Below are positions 10,501 through 17,753 of a stretch of DNA of 45,614 bases, piece after piece. Every line of letters starts with the position of its first letter. Position 1 is the stretch's first letter. Made by a program: the position numbers and the translations under genes. Under the pieces are notes generated by a model that worked only from the letters and a program-made list of their open reading frames with translations, made no database searches and was not told the DNA's origin. Origin of the DNA: a bacterium (GTDB taxonomy: Bacteria; UBA9089; JAHJRX01); assembly GCA_030017825.1 (NCBI GenBank), contig JASEGW010000001.1, forward strand, positions 1 to 45,614, written 5' to 3'.

Positions 10501-10642
10501 TATCAGCCCTGATGCTATTTTAGCTGCGATTGAAAGAAGCCATCTTGACCCTCAAACTAAACAACTGTTAAAGGCCAAGATGGCTAGGAAAATGAATTTG
10601 TGGCAGCGACAACTTCCTACCAGAGAGTTCAGAGGGTATTAA
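4577..10642 (+). CDS. Giant 2021-aa virion/ejection-type protein with an HExxH zincin-like motif (gp16 position)
   Basis: A single uninterrupted ORF with SD AGGAGA. It has N-terminal hydrophobic Gly/Ala segments, a K/E-rich linker and HEVTH at nt 7556-7570 (about residue 994). It is the last gene of the structural arm. Confidence 0.55.
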   Translation: MTEEIFIPVEEKMGRAPEFIQGGTESFVPVGPLKSADMLDYLKEPVEWVKSGLGGLARGMGAVFKTAAVLIPGAEEILKPNITALEEATEWWEPKETAPGQVSKWVRSAAHSIGQSTTTGIIGAGVAYSAGLIGLPAMIIGAILSKGGFFGGADWYDLTKDIEKAAINAGATPEEIRILQSEFAAWKAAHAAAEVVGEIGPDLITARVIGLTGSPLIREPIKRSIMSVFGVFAKKMGWAQLAEGTGEQFTTAVQYRATEKIGLPQPSYWDQVIDTGAVTAIQTGFMAGVGISVANRTRGRSVEAFKKEMKLEMSAKLVKDGVDKDTADTIADTIIKKATKSDLVDAAIAELESREKAKKATKKERAVKKEEKKEKVVEKARETINIIMAPEAVTKEEFVEVKEEKPTAREEKLAKLTAERKTYLDSLVEQVKGLEIAGRIRVEELSTDEQQYLISKGVTFDTDRMGKPTIGYSQERRVEDLRTKVRTIREEKLAKLKGEAPTGLMLPEAELPKQEVSYIRLEPSLESPEIPNVIVKDLSGQPVVFNPDIHTLANIDKATARRDIGSWVPVAKVETTRERRIRILREAGRLPKPTVEEVTVPGERGPQIEAIAAIKKMLPGFIEHVAAMSKKGWNIEDFVNDPDVRADLEEIGVPEDRYYDLILDVKEESGAMTSVDILDKQIRDEQRRLDEDFAAIDKMKDEEAMQRFPVEVDNYYDADQKRWVQLEKENIAENIEQQFVNPPPTLEEVPIVVEVSKEKKKAFSLKVTSNTVWYLPETEAMAQLDALKRVKMDWNSDIDTILHALGIHTTAAYHTSGTVPFEALGKLRDNLDYFKKNMSNAEFAKVENTVDSLRKYMIAVSDTIKATEPTISEKAPIRLSDMEKYNSAVKKVIAEELVRLVSAGGNANSLINFILERRERFTGSQAALAEFYSSPHIRRYLEKVTMALGTGFYKSGAYYLWAGKSEGDVAGPAVVFEPFYADRGMDSVGEDILHEVTHALTAELLYDSKSFRDKVSQLRLRAMDQLGENDRRVLFGLQNDASVFHSLGFENLGFSRGWEYASIYYGLTNDREFISEVFTSPAMQEFLSAIPVETSQEGVFSSLWQKFKEILSVSIFGKPPSERESTLLDEALKIGHEVIEAQAAHAGLAYEGRERKEDAATPRIKSISIEDTLKHHPLKGSGVHAGVGGPLHQTVHIKESPIDVPVLATYVESPLFALRDHPDALKFAERAIEALGIWSYNRGIGLMEVDRMERNLSQPEREEVTSIMKEIENGEVIDLDKLDPKIKQGVIDLRKFLDLYKEKHKKFLRESLVLGANSTEARILADVLIGGNNVIDATKKWNRYARDYNLTSQDESRMATTTYANVLELLKEWKEIENFGIKDYITHAMRGSIALFDSEGRVVSFAQTKKKAVDEALRYLQQNPTIDSLTVDTTYRLDKDFQTLVSQKYYRVMKSKIAKIIDQHTKDIDKDLAERLKAVLPGRGIAIKPQKVWSQFLQEREEVLPGEKDIFDILPLYVHSIEKKHAIDPYIIQLRDHLSDFNDRPNVKKMLEDQLEAIRGQYSVGDAIVDDLMKKFGFETSFAYARGTGAARVLITNLKLGYRPVAALINLLSGMGHVWVKTSARYMIEANRMLSTKGGEDFIKKNAASLGTSIVESMGGDLENRLRWYSPLKIFQAPELPNRKLSFMTSYLFARGEFGHDEETALEFAKRSVDLQEFNYSVAAVPKIMRGPTGRTVFQFKPYLVKEIEFIRGLKGANQWAKYLTMQAVIGGPRGLMVTLKSLPVIAAIGGVGWLDELDTWLNNNYPRLSRGVFGFFGIDASAPAAFQFPEKAADWAGVLISDIVRFGKDVVQPFIDGESYIWEDIKKYTKGTIPIWRLWCDAFNGIMSEDGWILDDKGDNKYKVEDWTDILKMVGGFKPLKASVQELEVRMAEELEKRERKQANKIVEQIVKRSRMIDVEIVTDELIEEVGTHAISPDAILAAIERSHLDPQTKQLLKAKMARKMNLWQRQLPTREFRGY

Positions 10643-11168
10643 TCTTTGGTTCTACTCCATCTTTTCCAAATGTTTTCTTGAGTAGAAAATTTCCAGCAAT
10701 ATGATGGATGACAATTCCCTCAGGCTTCATAAATCCTGGAGCAGCCATACTTCCATTACTAAGAAGCTCACTTAGTATTTCATGGACTGGAGGAGGAAAG
10801 TCTCCTGTCCAGAGTGTAGGAACTACACTACAACAGGCAGGACGAGTGTAGGGATCGCCCCACTTCTTTAAGTTAAATAGAGAAAACACCCTCTCTTTTA
10901 TTCCATACCCTCTGTTAATCTTATACCCCCACCACTCTCCAAAATGCCAACCAGGGCCAAGCTCTAATAACTCATCTTTATTTTCATGCGCCCACTTTGC
11001 AAAGCCGTGGTTGTCTTTTTCAGGAGTTATCCATTGAGTTCTTGATCCAACTAGAAAAACGCCTTCATTAGAAATATAGATGCTCCCATTAGTTCCATCA
11101 ATTTTCTCTGTTACAACGCAGTCTCTTGAGTATCTATAAATCTTTGGGAATGCTATAAAGTCGGTCAT
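10629..11168 (-). CDS. Minimal ATP-dependent RNA (or DNA) ligase-like nucleotidyltransferase
   Basis: Motif I is TEKIDGTN (KxDG). Also present are FGEWWG, PEGIVIHH and LLKKTFGK, in the covalent nucleotidyltransferase order. SD AGGGGTG; palindrome copy 2 lies just upstream. Confidence 0.65.
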   Translation of the reverse strand: MTDFIAFPKIYRYSRDCVVTEKIDGTNGSIYISNEGVFLVGSRTQWITPEKDNHGFAKWAHENKDELLELGPGWHFGEWWGYKINRGYGIKERVFSLFNLKKWGDPYTRPACCSVVPTLWTGDFPPPVHEILSELLSNGSMAAPGFMKPEGIVIHHIAGNFLLKKTFGKDGVEPKINTL

Positions 11169-11178
11169 TATTTCACCC

Positions 11179-11202
11179 CTTTGTTTAAAATTTTAAACAT
11201 AG
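11179..11202. repeat. Palindromic intergenic motif, copy 2
   Basis: CTTTGTTTAAAATTTTAAACATAG. The core 11182-11199 lies 13 nt from start 11168 (minus strand). Confidence 0.9.
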
Positions 11203-11424
11203 TTAAACATAAATCGAAAGATTTCTCTCTCGTAGCTCGTCATGTATGAGGGCTCTTACTGCTTCGAGAGCCTCTATAACTGATGTAAATTTATGGCCGT
11301 ACTCTAGGTAATTCCTAATCTCTTGATCTATATCGTACAGAATTGTGGCATATTTACTTCCATTGATAGCCTGTCCAAGCTCACTTTCCTCCTCAGGTAA
11401 ATTAAATTCAAGTATCACTTTCAT
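11203..11424 (-). CDS. Hypothetical protein (73 aa)
   Basis: SD AAGGAGGG upstream of ATG 11424. No motif recognised. Confidence 0.55.
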   Translation of the reverse strand: MKVILEFNLPEEESELGQAINGSKYATILYDIDQEIRNYLEYGHKFTSVIEALEAVRALIHDELRERNLSIYV

Positions 11425-11753
11425 TACTCTCCCTCCTTTTTTAGTTTAATAATCTCAATGGGCGGAAGCGCCTTATATCTTCCCTTCTTATCCCTTAATT
11501 TTTTAGCTGGCCATCTATCATCTGCCCACATTGCCAATGGAGTTCCAATAATAGAACCAAAGACGTTAAATAATATATAAGTCATATCTGTTATATATAG
11601 TGTAATCTCTAATGAAATCAAGCCAGTTATTAAACCACTGAATAAGGCAGCTTGTATTTTATGACCACTTGACACTCTTCTTAAATAGAAGACTACCAAT
11701 ATGTCATCAGTTACGCTTAATGTAAACACTATCAAGCCTATTAGCCAACTCAT
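11424..11753 (-). CDS. Small integral membrane protein (about 3 TM segments)
   Basis: Hydrophobic stretches (WLIGLIVFTLSV, AALFSGLITGLISLEITLYI, ILFNVFGSIIGTPLAMW). SD GGAGGG. Confidence 0.55.
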   Translation of the reverse strand: MSWLIGLIVFTLSVTDDILVVFYLRRVSSGHKIQAALFSGLITGLISLEITLYITDMTYILFNVFGSIIGTPLAMWADDRWPAKKLRDKKGRYKALPPIEIIKLKKEGE

Positions 11754-12956
11754 CTACCCTCCAATCCCATACTTTTCTTCCATTGGCTTTGTACCTTTAT
11801 AAACAAGCACAGGGTCATTTCCAATAGTTGCTATTGTTATAACCTTCATCTGCTCTAATGTTTTAATGACAGCATTCATATCTTCAAGATCTGCGTCATT
11901 ATGAAACTCCCTTATTAAATCAGACGTCCTAACATTATGATTCAGTGCGATATAGCTCCATGCTCTCACTAACACATCAGCCATCTTTGCTTTTCCAACT
12001 CCACTAAAAACATAAGACATTCTTTTTTCAACATCTAACATAAATCCTATTGCTCTTTCTAAGTCCCTCAGTTTCAAAACCATATCATCTGTTCTTGAAA
12101 CATTTGCTATTATGCTTAATTTTAGTGCATGAATCGCTCTCCTCTCAATGTATCCACTCAATCTCGTATCACTGAAGGGTGGGTTATCATCCTGTGCAGG
12201 GTACCACTGATTCCAAAAATCTAAATACTCTTGTGATACTTTAAAGCTGCCGGCGAGCATTAACATCTGTTCTAAATCTGTCTGTAATACTTCCCTCAAT
12301 TCCAACTCCTCCTTTGTTAAAAAAGGACAGGTAACTGACTTAGCTTTTCTCTTTTCATACACTAAGATCATTCGAGCTGTAAGGCCGCCGCCGATAGCAT
12401 CAGGAGGTAACGTACTCCTTAATAATTCAGGGGTGGTTGCACCTAATAAATTTACCCATACTCCAATAAGCTCATCGGTGCCCTGATTTTTAGTACGATA
12501 TGTCCAGCGGTCTTTGCAGTCATACCAGTCGCATAAATCAGCCATCATCTGCAAATTGTTATAGCCTAAAAACACAGTCAGCTCTTGACTATGAACGGTT
12601 AGTGAACAGTGGATTAGAGGACGACCTTGCACATCAATCTGTGTATTACTACTCAGCTTCAAATCTTTAATTAAGGCTTCTCGAGTTATTGCTTCAGCAG
12701 CCAATCTAATTCCTAAATCTCTAAGAAATGGATAGCCAAGATTCATGGCGGTTCCCTTTCTCGATCCTGAAGGTCCAACTAATACAACATATAGATTTGG
12801 GAATATATTAAAGTGTCCCCAAGGAAGGCTGCACTTCCTCTGAAGCATCGCTGCAATAGTGGAGATAGCCGTCCACAATCTAAAGCTCCTCCTGGGCTCG
12901 GTATTTTCAGTGAATTCTAAAAATGAGTCTATCCAATCATTTAGTTTTCTTGCCAT
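11754..12956 (-). CDS. P-loop NTPase, putative replicative helicase (DUF3987/VirE-like by eye)
   Basis: Walker A VLVGPSGSRKGTAM. The product is 400 aa and lies next to the polymerase. The family assignment is unverified. Confidence 0.5.
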   Translation of the reverse strand: MARKLNDWIDSFLEFTENTEPRRSFRLWTAISTIAAMLQRKCSLPWGHFNIFPNLYVVLVGPSGSRKGTAMNLGYPFLRDLGIRLAAEAITREALIKDLKLSSNTQIDVQGRPLIHCSLTVHSQELTVFLGYNNLQMMADLCDWYDCKDRWTYRTKNQGTDELIGVWVNLLGATTPELLRSTLPPDAIGGGLTARMILVYEKRKAKSVTCPFLTKEELELREVLQTDLEQMLMLAGSFKVSQEYLDFWNQWYPAQDDNPPFSDTRLSGYIERRAIHALKLSIIANVSRTDDMVLKLRDLERAIGFMLDVEKRMSYVFSGVGKAKMADVLVRAWSYIALNHNVRTSDLIREFHNDADLEDMNAVIKTLEQMKVITIATIGNDPVLVYKGTKPMEEKYGIGG

Positions 12957-13315
12957 CTCAGCCCCTCAAGAATTTTATATATTGCTGAGATGCTCAAGTT
13001 ATATTTAAAGGCTAACGAACCCACGCTAGCTCCTAATTTTTTAGATTCTCTTATTTCTTCAGCATCCTTCTTATTAATTTTTTGGCCAGTAGTTCTTTTA
13101 CAAATAACCATGTATGCTGCATTTTCTTTTGCAGTGCCATTATATAGATGAGCTGGGTTAACACATCTTCTATTGTTGCAGATATGACATATCTGTCCTG
13201 TTAGTGGAATATCTACTCTCTTATAAATAAACCACGCTAATAAAGACGCATGTACTATCGAATCACCTAAGCGAACGCTTGCATACTTATTCTTCCATTC
13301 CCAACAACTCCCCAT
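12941..13315 (-). CDS. HNH homing endonuclease (HNH_3-like) with a C-terminal HTH
   Basis: CWEW...ICHICNNRRCVNPAHLYNGTAKEN. The track ORF extends to 13429, where an ATG has a GGAG SD, and overlaps the polymerase tail. The start is uncertain (13315 or 13429). Confidence 0.7.
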   Translation of the reverse strand: MGSCWEWKNKYASVRLGDSIVHASLLAWFIYKRVDIPLTGQICHICNNRRCVNPAHLYNGTAKENAAYMVICKRTTGQKINKKDAEEIRESKKLGASVGSLAFKYNLSISAIYKILEGLRWQEN

Positions 13316-15833
13316 TATCGGATTCACTACTCTGTAAGATATACTTGAGTGGAACTTTCGGGTGAGTGAGGATGCATTCTTCATAAATACTTTTAAGTTG
13401 CGTTGCCAGTTCACCAGCGCTATCTCCATATTTTACTCCTATCATGTTTCCAAGATTAGTTCCTATTTTTACATCAACTGGTACAACAAACTTAGAGCCA
13501 TGCCACTCTAAGGGAGTTGTCATAAGATTTACTAACTTTAGAAGTGCTTCAGCATGCTCTATCCAACTATAAGATAGAGGAATTTGAAATAGAATAGCAT
13601 CGTGAATTTGGTTGAGGAGGTCGAGTATTTTAAAGTTGCCTTGGTCTTCATAGATTGGGATAATAGCTTGTCTGTTCACCTTATCGGCGATTGTACTTTG
13701 TGGAATGTAAGCATATAAATCTTTAAATAGGTCGTCTCCCCACTGGCCTAAAAATAGTTGTTTTCTCCCAAATAAATTTGTAAGTACTCTATTATTCTTT
13801 CTACAAGCCTCCACTATCCAGTTCCAATATTGCCTAACACCAGGATACATTTGATGATAGCGTGCATGGATAAACCTACCCTCTGCTTCTGGTAAATCAC
13901 AATCGAGTGAGAACTTAACATAGCCCTCTCCATAATTAAAAGCATGATTTGACTTCTTACCCCAAAACCTTTGACTATGTTCACCGTTGCCCATAGGACT
14001 ACTACCTGGCTCATTACTAACTCGATTAAAAGGGATATTAAGAATTAAGGAAGCAGTCTGTCTGTGAACGTCTCTGCCAGTATCAAATGCTTCCTTCATC
14101 AACGGCTCAGGTGCGATATTAGCTACAATTCTATTTTCACCCTGATTTAAATCAAGATGATAAAGTAAGCAGCCCTCATCTACTATAACAAAAGGATAAA
14201 ACATTCTTGGCAATGTCTGTACATTACCACCTTCTCCTAAAATATCCTTAGATGCTGACAATCTTCCATATCTTGAGCCGATAGGGTTCATTGAAGAATG
14301 GAGTCTGCCATCACTGCCAATTACCATATCTAGATATGAAGTTTTAAACTTATGTGCCTTTCTATAATCTCTCATCATTACTGCAACAGGGATGCCCCTT
14401 CGGGCTAATCTTCTTATTGCATTTTGATCAGTCGTCGGGCGGCCTTTCTTCGTATACGGCTCAATACCTAACTCCTTATAAAAATAGGTGGCAACTTGAT
14501 CAGGACTCCTTGGGTTAAATGAGTGCCCAACAGCTTTCACAATCTTGGCTTCTAGTTCTATCAATCTTTTATCTGCTTCTTCATTTGCCTTCTTCAATCC
14601 TTCAACATCTATTTTCATTCCTCTCTCTTGCATATAGACGCAGGGGCCAATCATTCTTCGCTGCCACTGGTATGTTTCCCAATTTCCCTGCCTCACTAAT
14701 TCAGCATCCAACTTTGGCCTAATCTCAGAGACAATAGCAGCATCCTTTGCATTATACACGCCAAACTTCCTCTCATCAAATAGCTTTGTTTGCTTCTTTC
14801 GCTCATCCTTATAATAGGGTTCTCTTGTGTATAAAGATGTGATGAAGCCTAAGCTCTTTGGAAAGTCAGGGAATAAAATGCCCATCTGAACCATTGTATC
14901 TTCCATATTCTTGACTACTATTCCAAGTTTGCGAAACATGAAAGCAGCATCAAATGTTATATTTTGATTCTCCTTCACTATTTCTGTATTCTCCATCAAT
15001 TCAGCAATTAACCTCCATACGTGTGCCTCTTGAGGTGGCGTTAGGAAGGCTTCGCTTTGTGAAGTAAACGAAATTGAAATAGCATCACTTGGAGACTTAG
15101 CTATTGCCACATGGCTTATTTCTTCATTCAAAACCTCAATATCAACTGCCAACCTCTTCTCAACTTTACAACTCTCCAAATATCCACAGATTTCTGCATA
15201 TGAAGGCAGCACTATTAAGTTGCGAGATGGCAAACTTATAGTAGGTGTTTTGGATTCTTCAAGTATCCTTTTTAGATCAGCCTTGATAAAGTACTTGAAG
15301 ATAGGATTTTTATTTGGAAGTGCTGCTGCAGGGTGGATAGTTGGAATGACCTTCATTCCAGGCCAGAAGTTACCTTCCAGTATTGAGCCTCTCCGCTTTG
15401 TAATTGCAGTTAAGCCTGTTAAAGCATATAGTGAAACGTTGCCAGCAGGCACGAAGACATTGGCTCTTAAACCTTTTAATTCCTCAATTAACTTATCCCT
15501 ATATTTAATGAAAGCTGGAGTAATTGTAACCCCCCCTTGTGAGTTAACTCTAAACCAAGGTGTTAAATCGTCCTGATAGGGATCAAATTTACTTTTTCCA
15601 GGTCTCTCCTTTATAACATTAGTAAGGTAAATATCAGATCGTGTTAGGCCTACTGAGTGCATTAACTCAGTCATCAGTTTGCCAGCAGGTGCGTTTGGGC
15701 TAAAAGGCCTACCCTCCTTTACTTCAATGACACCAGGAGCCTCACCAATCCAAGCTATCTTTGCATCATGCGAGCCTTCACCCCCTACACGTTTACCTAC
15801 ATAAAGGTTTGCATTTTGAAAAGGGTTTGTCAT
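13287..15833 (-). CDS. Family A DNA polymerase with an N-terminal UDG-like (family 4/5-type) domain and a 3'-5' exonuclease domain
   Basis: UDG motifs GEAPG and HPAA. Exo motifs VDIEV, NITFDAAF and YNAKDA. Pol motif A is DLNQGENRI, motif B is RFWGKKSNHAFNYG and motif C is IHDA. Confidence 0.85.
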   Translation of the reverse strand: MTNPFQNANLYVGKRVGGEGSHDAKIAWIGEAPGVIEVKEGRPFSPNAPAGKLMTELMHSVGLTRSDIYLTNVIKERPGKSKFDPYQDDLTPWFRVNSQGGVTITPAFIKYRDKLIEELKGLRANVFVPAGNVSLYALTGLTAITKRRGSILEGNFWPGMKVIPTIHPAAALPNKNPIFKYFIKADLKRILEESKTPTISLPSRNLIVLPSYAEICGYLESCKVEKRLAVDIEVLNEEISHVAIAKSPSDAISISFTSQSEAFLTPPQEAHVWRLIAELMENTEIVKENQNITFDAAFMFRKLGIVVKNMEDTMVQMGILFPDFPKSLGFITSLYTREPYYKDERKKQTKLFDERKFGVYNAKDAAIVSEIRPKLDAELVRQGNWETYQWQRRMIGPCVYMQERGMKIDVEGLKKANEEADKRLIELEAKIVKAVGHSFNPRSPDQVATYFYKELGIEPYTKKGRPTTDQNAIRRLARRGIPVAVMMRDYRKAHKFKTSYLDMVIGSDGRLHSSMNPIGSRYGRLSASKDILGEGGNVQTLPRMFYPFVIVDEGCLLYHLDLNQGENRIVANIAPEPLMKEAFDTGRDVHRQTASLILNIPFNRVSNEPGSSPMGNGEHSQRFWGKKSNHAFNYGEGYVKFSLDCDLPEAEGRFIHARYHQMYPGVRQYWNWIVEACRKNNRVLTNLFGRKQLFLGQWGDDLFKDLYAYIPQSTIADKVNRQAIIPIYEDQGNFKILDLLNQIHDAILFQIPLSYSWIEHAEALLKLVNLMTTPLEWHGSKFVVPVDVKIGTNLGNMIGVKYGDSAGELATQLKSIYEECILTHPKVPLKYILQSSESDNGELLGMEE

Positions 15834-15842
15834 AATTAATTT

Positions 15843-15866
15843 CCTTTGTTTAAAATTTTAAACACA
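15843..15866. repeat. Palindromic intergenic motif, copy 3
   Basis: CTTTGTTTAAAATTTTAAACACAG. The core 15846-15863 lies 12 nt from polymerase start 15833. Confidence 0.9.
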
Positions 15867-15873
15867 GTTATCG

Positions 15874-16041
15874 TTCAGTTGGATACTGTTTGGCAACGAA
15901 AAGTGCAATTCTTGGCTCTTCAGTTTCTTCCATAATCCTGTCAAACTCCAGTTGCTGTCTTGGAGTAAGTCCTGCAATCATTTCATCTACTTCCTTATCT
16001 GAATACTTATTATAATGCTCGAATATTTCATAGTCACTCAT
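15874..16041 (-). CDS. Small acidic hypothetical protein (55 aa), below the ORF-track cutoff
   Basis: I translated it by hand: MSDYEIFEHYNKYSDKEVDEMIAGLTPRQQLEFDRIMEETEEPRIALFRCQTVSN. SD AGGAGGAGG. Its start overlaps the upstream stop (ATGA). Confidence 0.5.
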
Positions 16042-16172
16042 AGCTTTTGTATCCTCCTCCTAATGAAAATATGAACTCCGAGTGTTAGTATGTTTAGGTA
16101 GAAAGCACTCCCCAACTCATAGCCTTGAGCTGTCGGGTGGATGAACTTTTTGTAAAACCTGATTTTAGGCAT
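16038..16172 (-). CDS. Possible small hydrophobic protein
   Basis: Track ORF 16038..16226. The internal ATG 16172 avoids overlap with the methylase. The SD is weak. Its stop is coupled to the next ATG. Confidence 0.3.
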   Translation of the reverse strand: MPKIRFYKKFIHPTAQGYELGSAFYLNILTLGVHIFIRRRIQKL

Positions 16173-16191
16173 CCAAAAAATTTTCCATGTT

Positions 16192-17538
16192 CTAAATACT
16201 ATAATCATAGCTCTTATACCTCCCAAATCTCCCTTCGTGTACTCTTAGCATAAAGGAGTCTTTATATTCCCGACTCAACTCATACCCAAAAGCCTGCATT
16301 CCTAAGTTAGACGCAGCCAGTAGTGTATTTCCACTCCCAAGAAACGGAACCATAACTCTACTTCCTGCATTAGCAAATGTACTTAAAATATCCTCCATCA
16401 TTTCAATAGGCCGCTCAGTTTGATGTATACGTCTTGCTGGAGCAACCCAAGGGAAGTCAAACAAGTTTGATCTTGTTTTTTTAACAATCCCACTTCCTTT
16501 GTGTGCATAGAAAAACATTTCGTAATCATTAGATAGGTATAAATCTGGCTGCATAGTTTGGCCCCTTGGTTTCGCCCAGATTCCAGGAATTCTCCTACCT
16601 TTAAATCCAACCTGTCTCATCATTTGATAAACTGGATCGAACCAGGGCTCAGGTCCAAACCAGGCTATAATCCAGCCACTTGGAGATAATACTCGGTAGC
16701 ATTGTTGAATAGTTTTCAACATAAAACTTGGATATTCATCTTCCATAACCTCATTATAATACTTCATATGAGGCTCTCTTGGCCCCCTTAGCTTTCTGAC
16801 TGAAAGTAAGTCTATCGCATATGGAGGATCTAACTCAACAAGGTCGATTGAGCCATTAGGTACGTTTTCTACCTCTTCATGAAAGTCTCCAATTATAAAG
16901 CTATCACACAGCTTCATCAGTTCAACAGGTACACTTCCCCTGTTCTCTTCAACCCTTTTAGCCAGTTCAGCTTTGACAAGCGTCTCCTGCATCATCATTA
17001 ACAGTTTACGAGCATCATCTTTCGTTTTACATTCACGAAGTTCAGGAATTTTCTCAACAGCATGCGCCAGCATTATATCTCCAACGATACTTGCAGGACT
17101 TTTAACTAATAATGAAGCAGTATCACGCTTACTCCACCCCTTTGCACCTGGACTTGTTGAAGTTTTTTCACCATGAATTGCTACTTGTAGATTATGTATC
17201 TGCTCACACAACCTTATTTTCTCAAGCCATGATAGGTCGAGACGATGCATATTTTCGGCTAACTCAATACTTTTATGCTCAAACTCTGTTAATTCTCCGT
17301 GGTAAATTCTACAAGGGATTAATTGAGTATTGAGTTCTTTTAGTGCCCTATATCGTCTACCGCCGGCTAGTAATAGATAGCCAGTTGAAGTTTGTTTTAC
17401 TGCGATTGGCTGAATGATGCCTTCAGCTTTAAGTGAAGCCTTCAATTCTTCTAAGTTTCCGTAGTCTTCCCTTGTTCTTTCACCTTCACTAATCAAATCT
17501 ATAGGAATCATATCAAGTTTAACTTCGCCCAAGCTCAT
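16192..17538 (-). CDS. ParB-like nuclease domain fused to a beta-class DNA methyltransferase (N6A/N4C type)
   Basis: The N-terminus reads IQPIAV...LLAGGRRYRALKEL. DPPY comes before the FLGSGNT AdoMet motif. The AGGAGG SD fits ATG 17538, which overlaps the upstream TGA. Confidence 0.8.
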   Translation of the reverse strand: MSLGEVKLDMIPIDLISEGERTREDYGNLEELKASLKAEGIIQPIAVKQTSTGYLLLAGGRRYRALKELNTQLIPCRIYHGELTEFEHKSIELAENMHRLDLSWLEKIRLCEQIHNLQVAIHGEKTSTSPGAKGWSKRDTASLLVKSPASIVGDIMLAHAVEKIPELRECKTKDDARKLLMMMQETLVKAELAKRVEENRGSVPVELMKLCDSFIIGDFHEEVENVPNGSIDLVELDPPYAIDLLSVRKLRGPREPHMKYYNEVMEDEYPSFMLKTIQQCYRVLSPSGWIIAWFGPEPWFDPVYQMMRQVGFKGRRIPGIWAKPRGQTMQPDLYLSNDYEMFFYAHKGSGIVKKTRSNLFDFPWVAPARRIHQTERPIEMMEDILSTFANAGSRVMVPFLGSGNTLLAASNLGMQAFGYELSREYKDSFMLRVHEGRFGRYKSYDYSI

Positions 17539-17753
17539 CACTGTCCTCCTAATAATGCAGCTAATTTTCTCTTCTGCTCTAAACTTAATCCATCCAATAA
17601 CTTATCCATAGAGGCATCTGCTTTTGCAGCTGCTTTTTTGACAGCTGGCTTTTCCTTCTTCATCCTTCTACTCGCTCTTAACTCCAAAATTTTAGCTTGC
17701 AGTTCCTCAGTTGACATTTGACTAATACTTTTTTTGAGTTCTTCAAGTATCAT
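17538..17753 (-). CDS. Small lysine-rich hypothetical protein (71 aa)
   Basis: SD GGAGGTG. No motif recognised. Confidence 0.5.
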   Translation of the reverse strand: MILEELKKSISQMSTEELQAKILELRASRRMKKEKPAVKKAAAKADASMDKLLDGLSLEQKRKLAALLGGQ

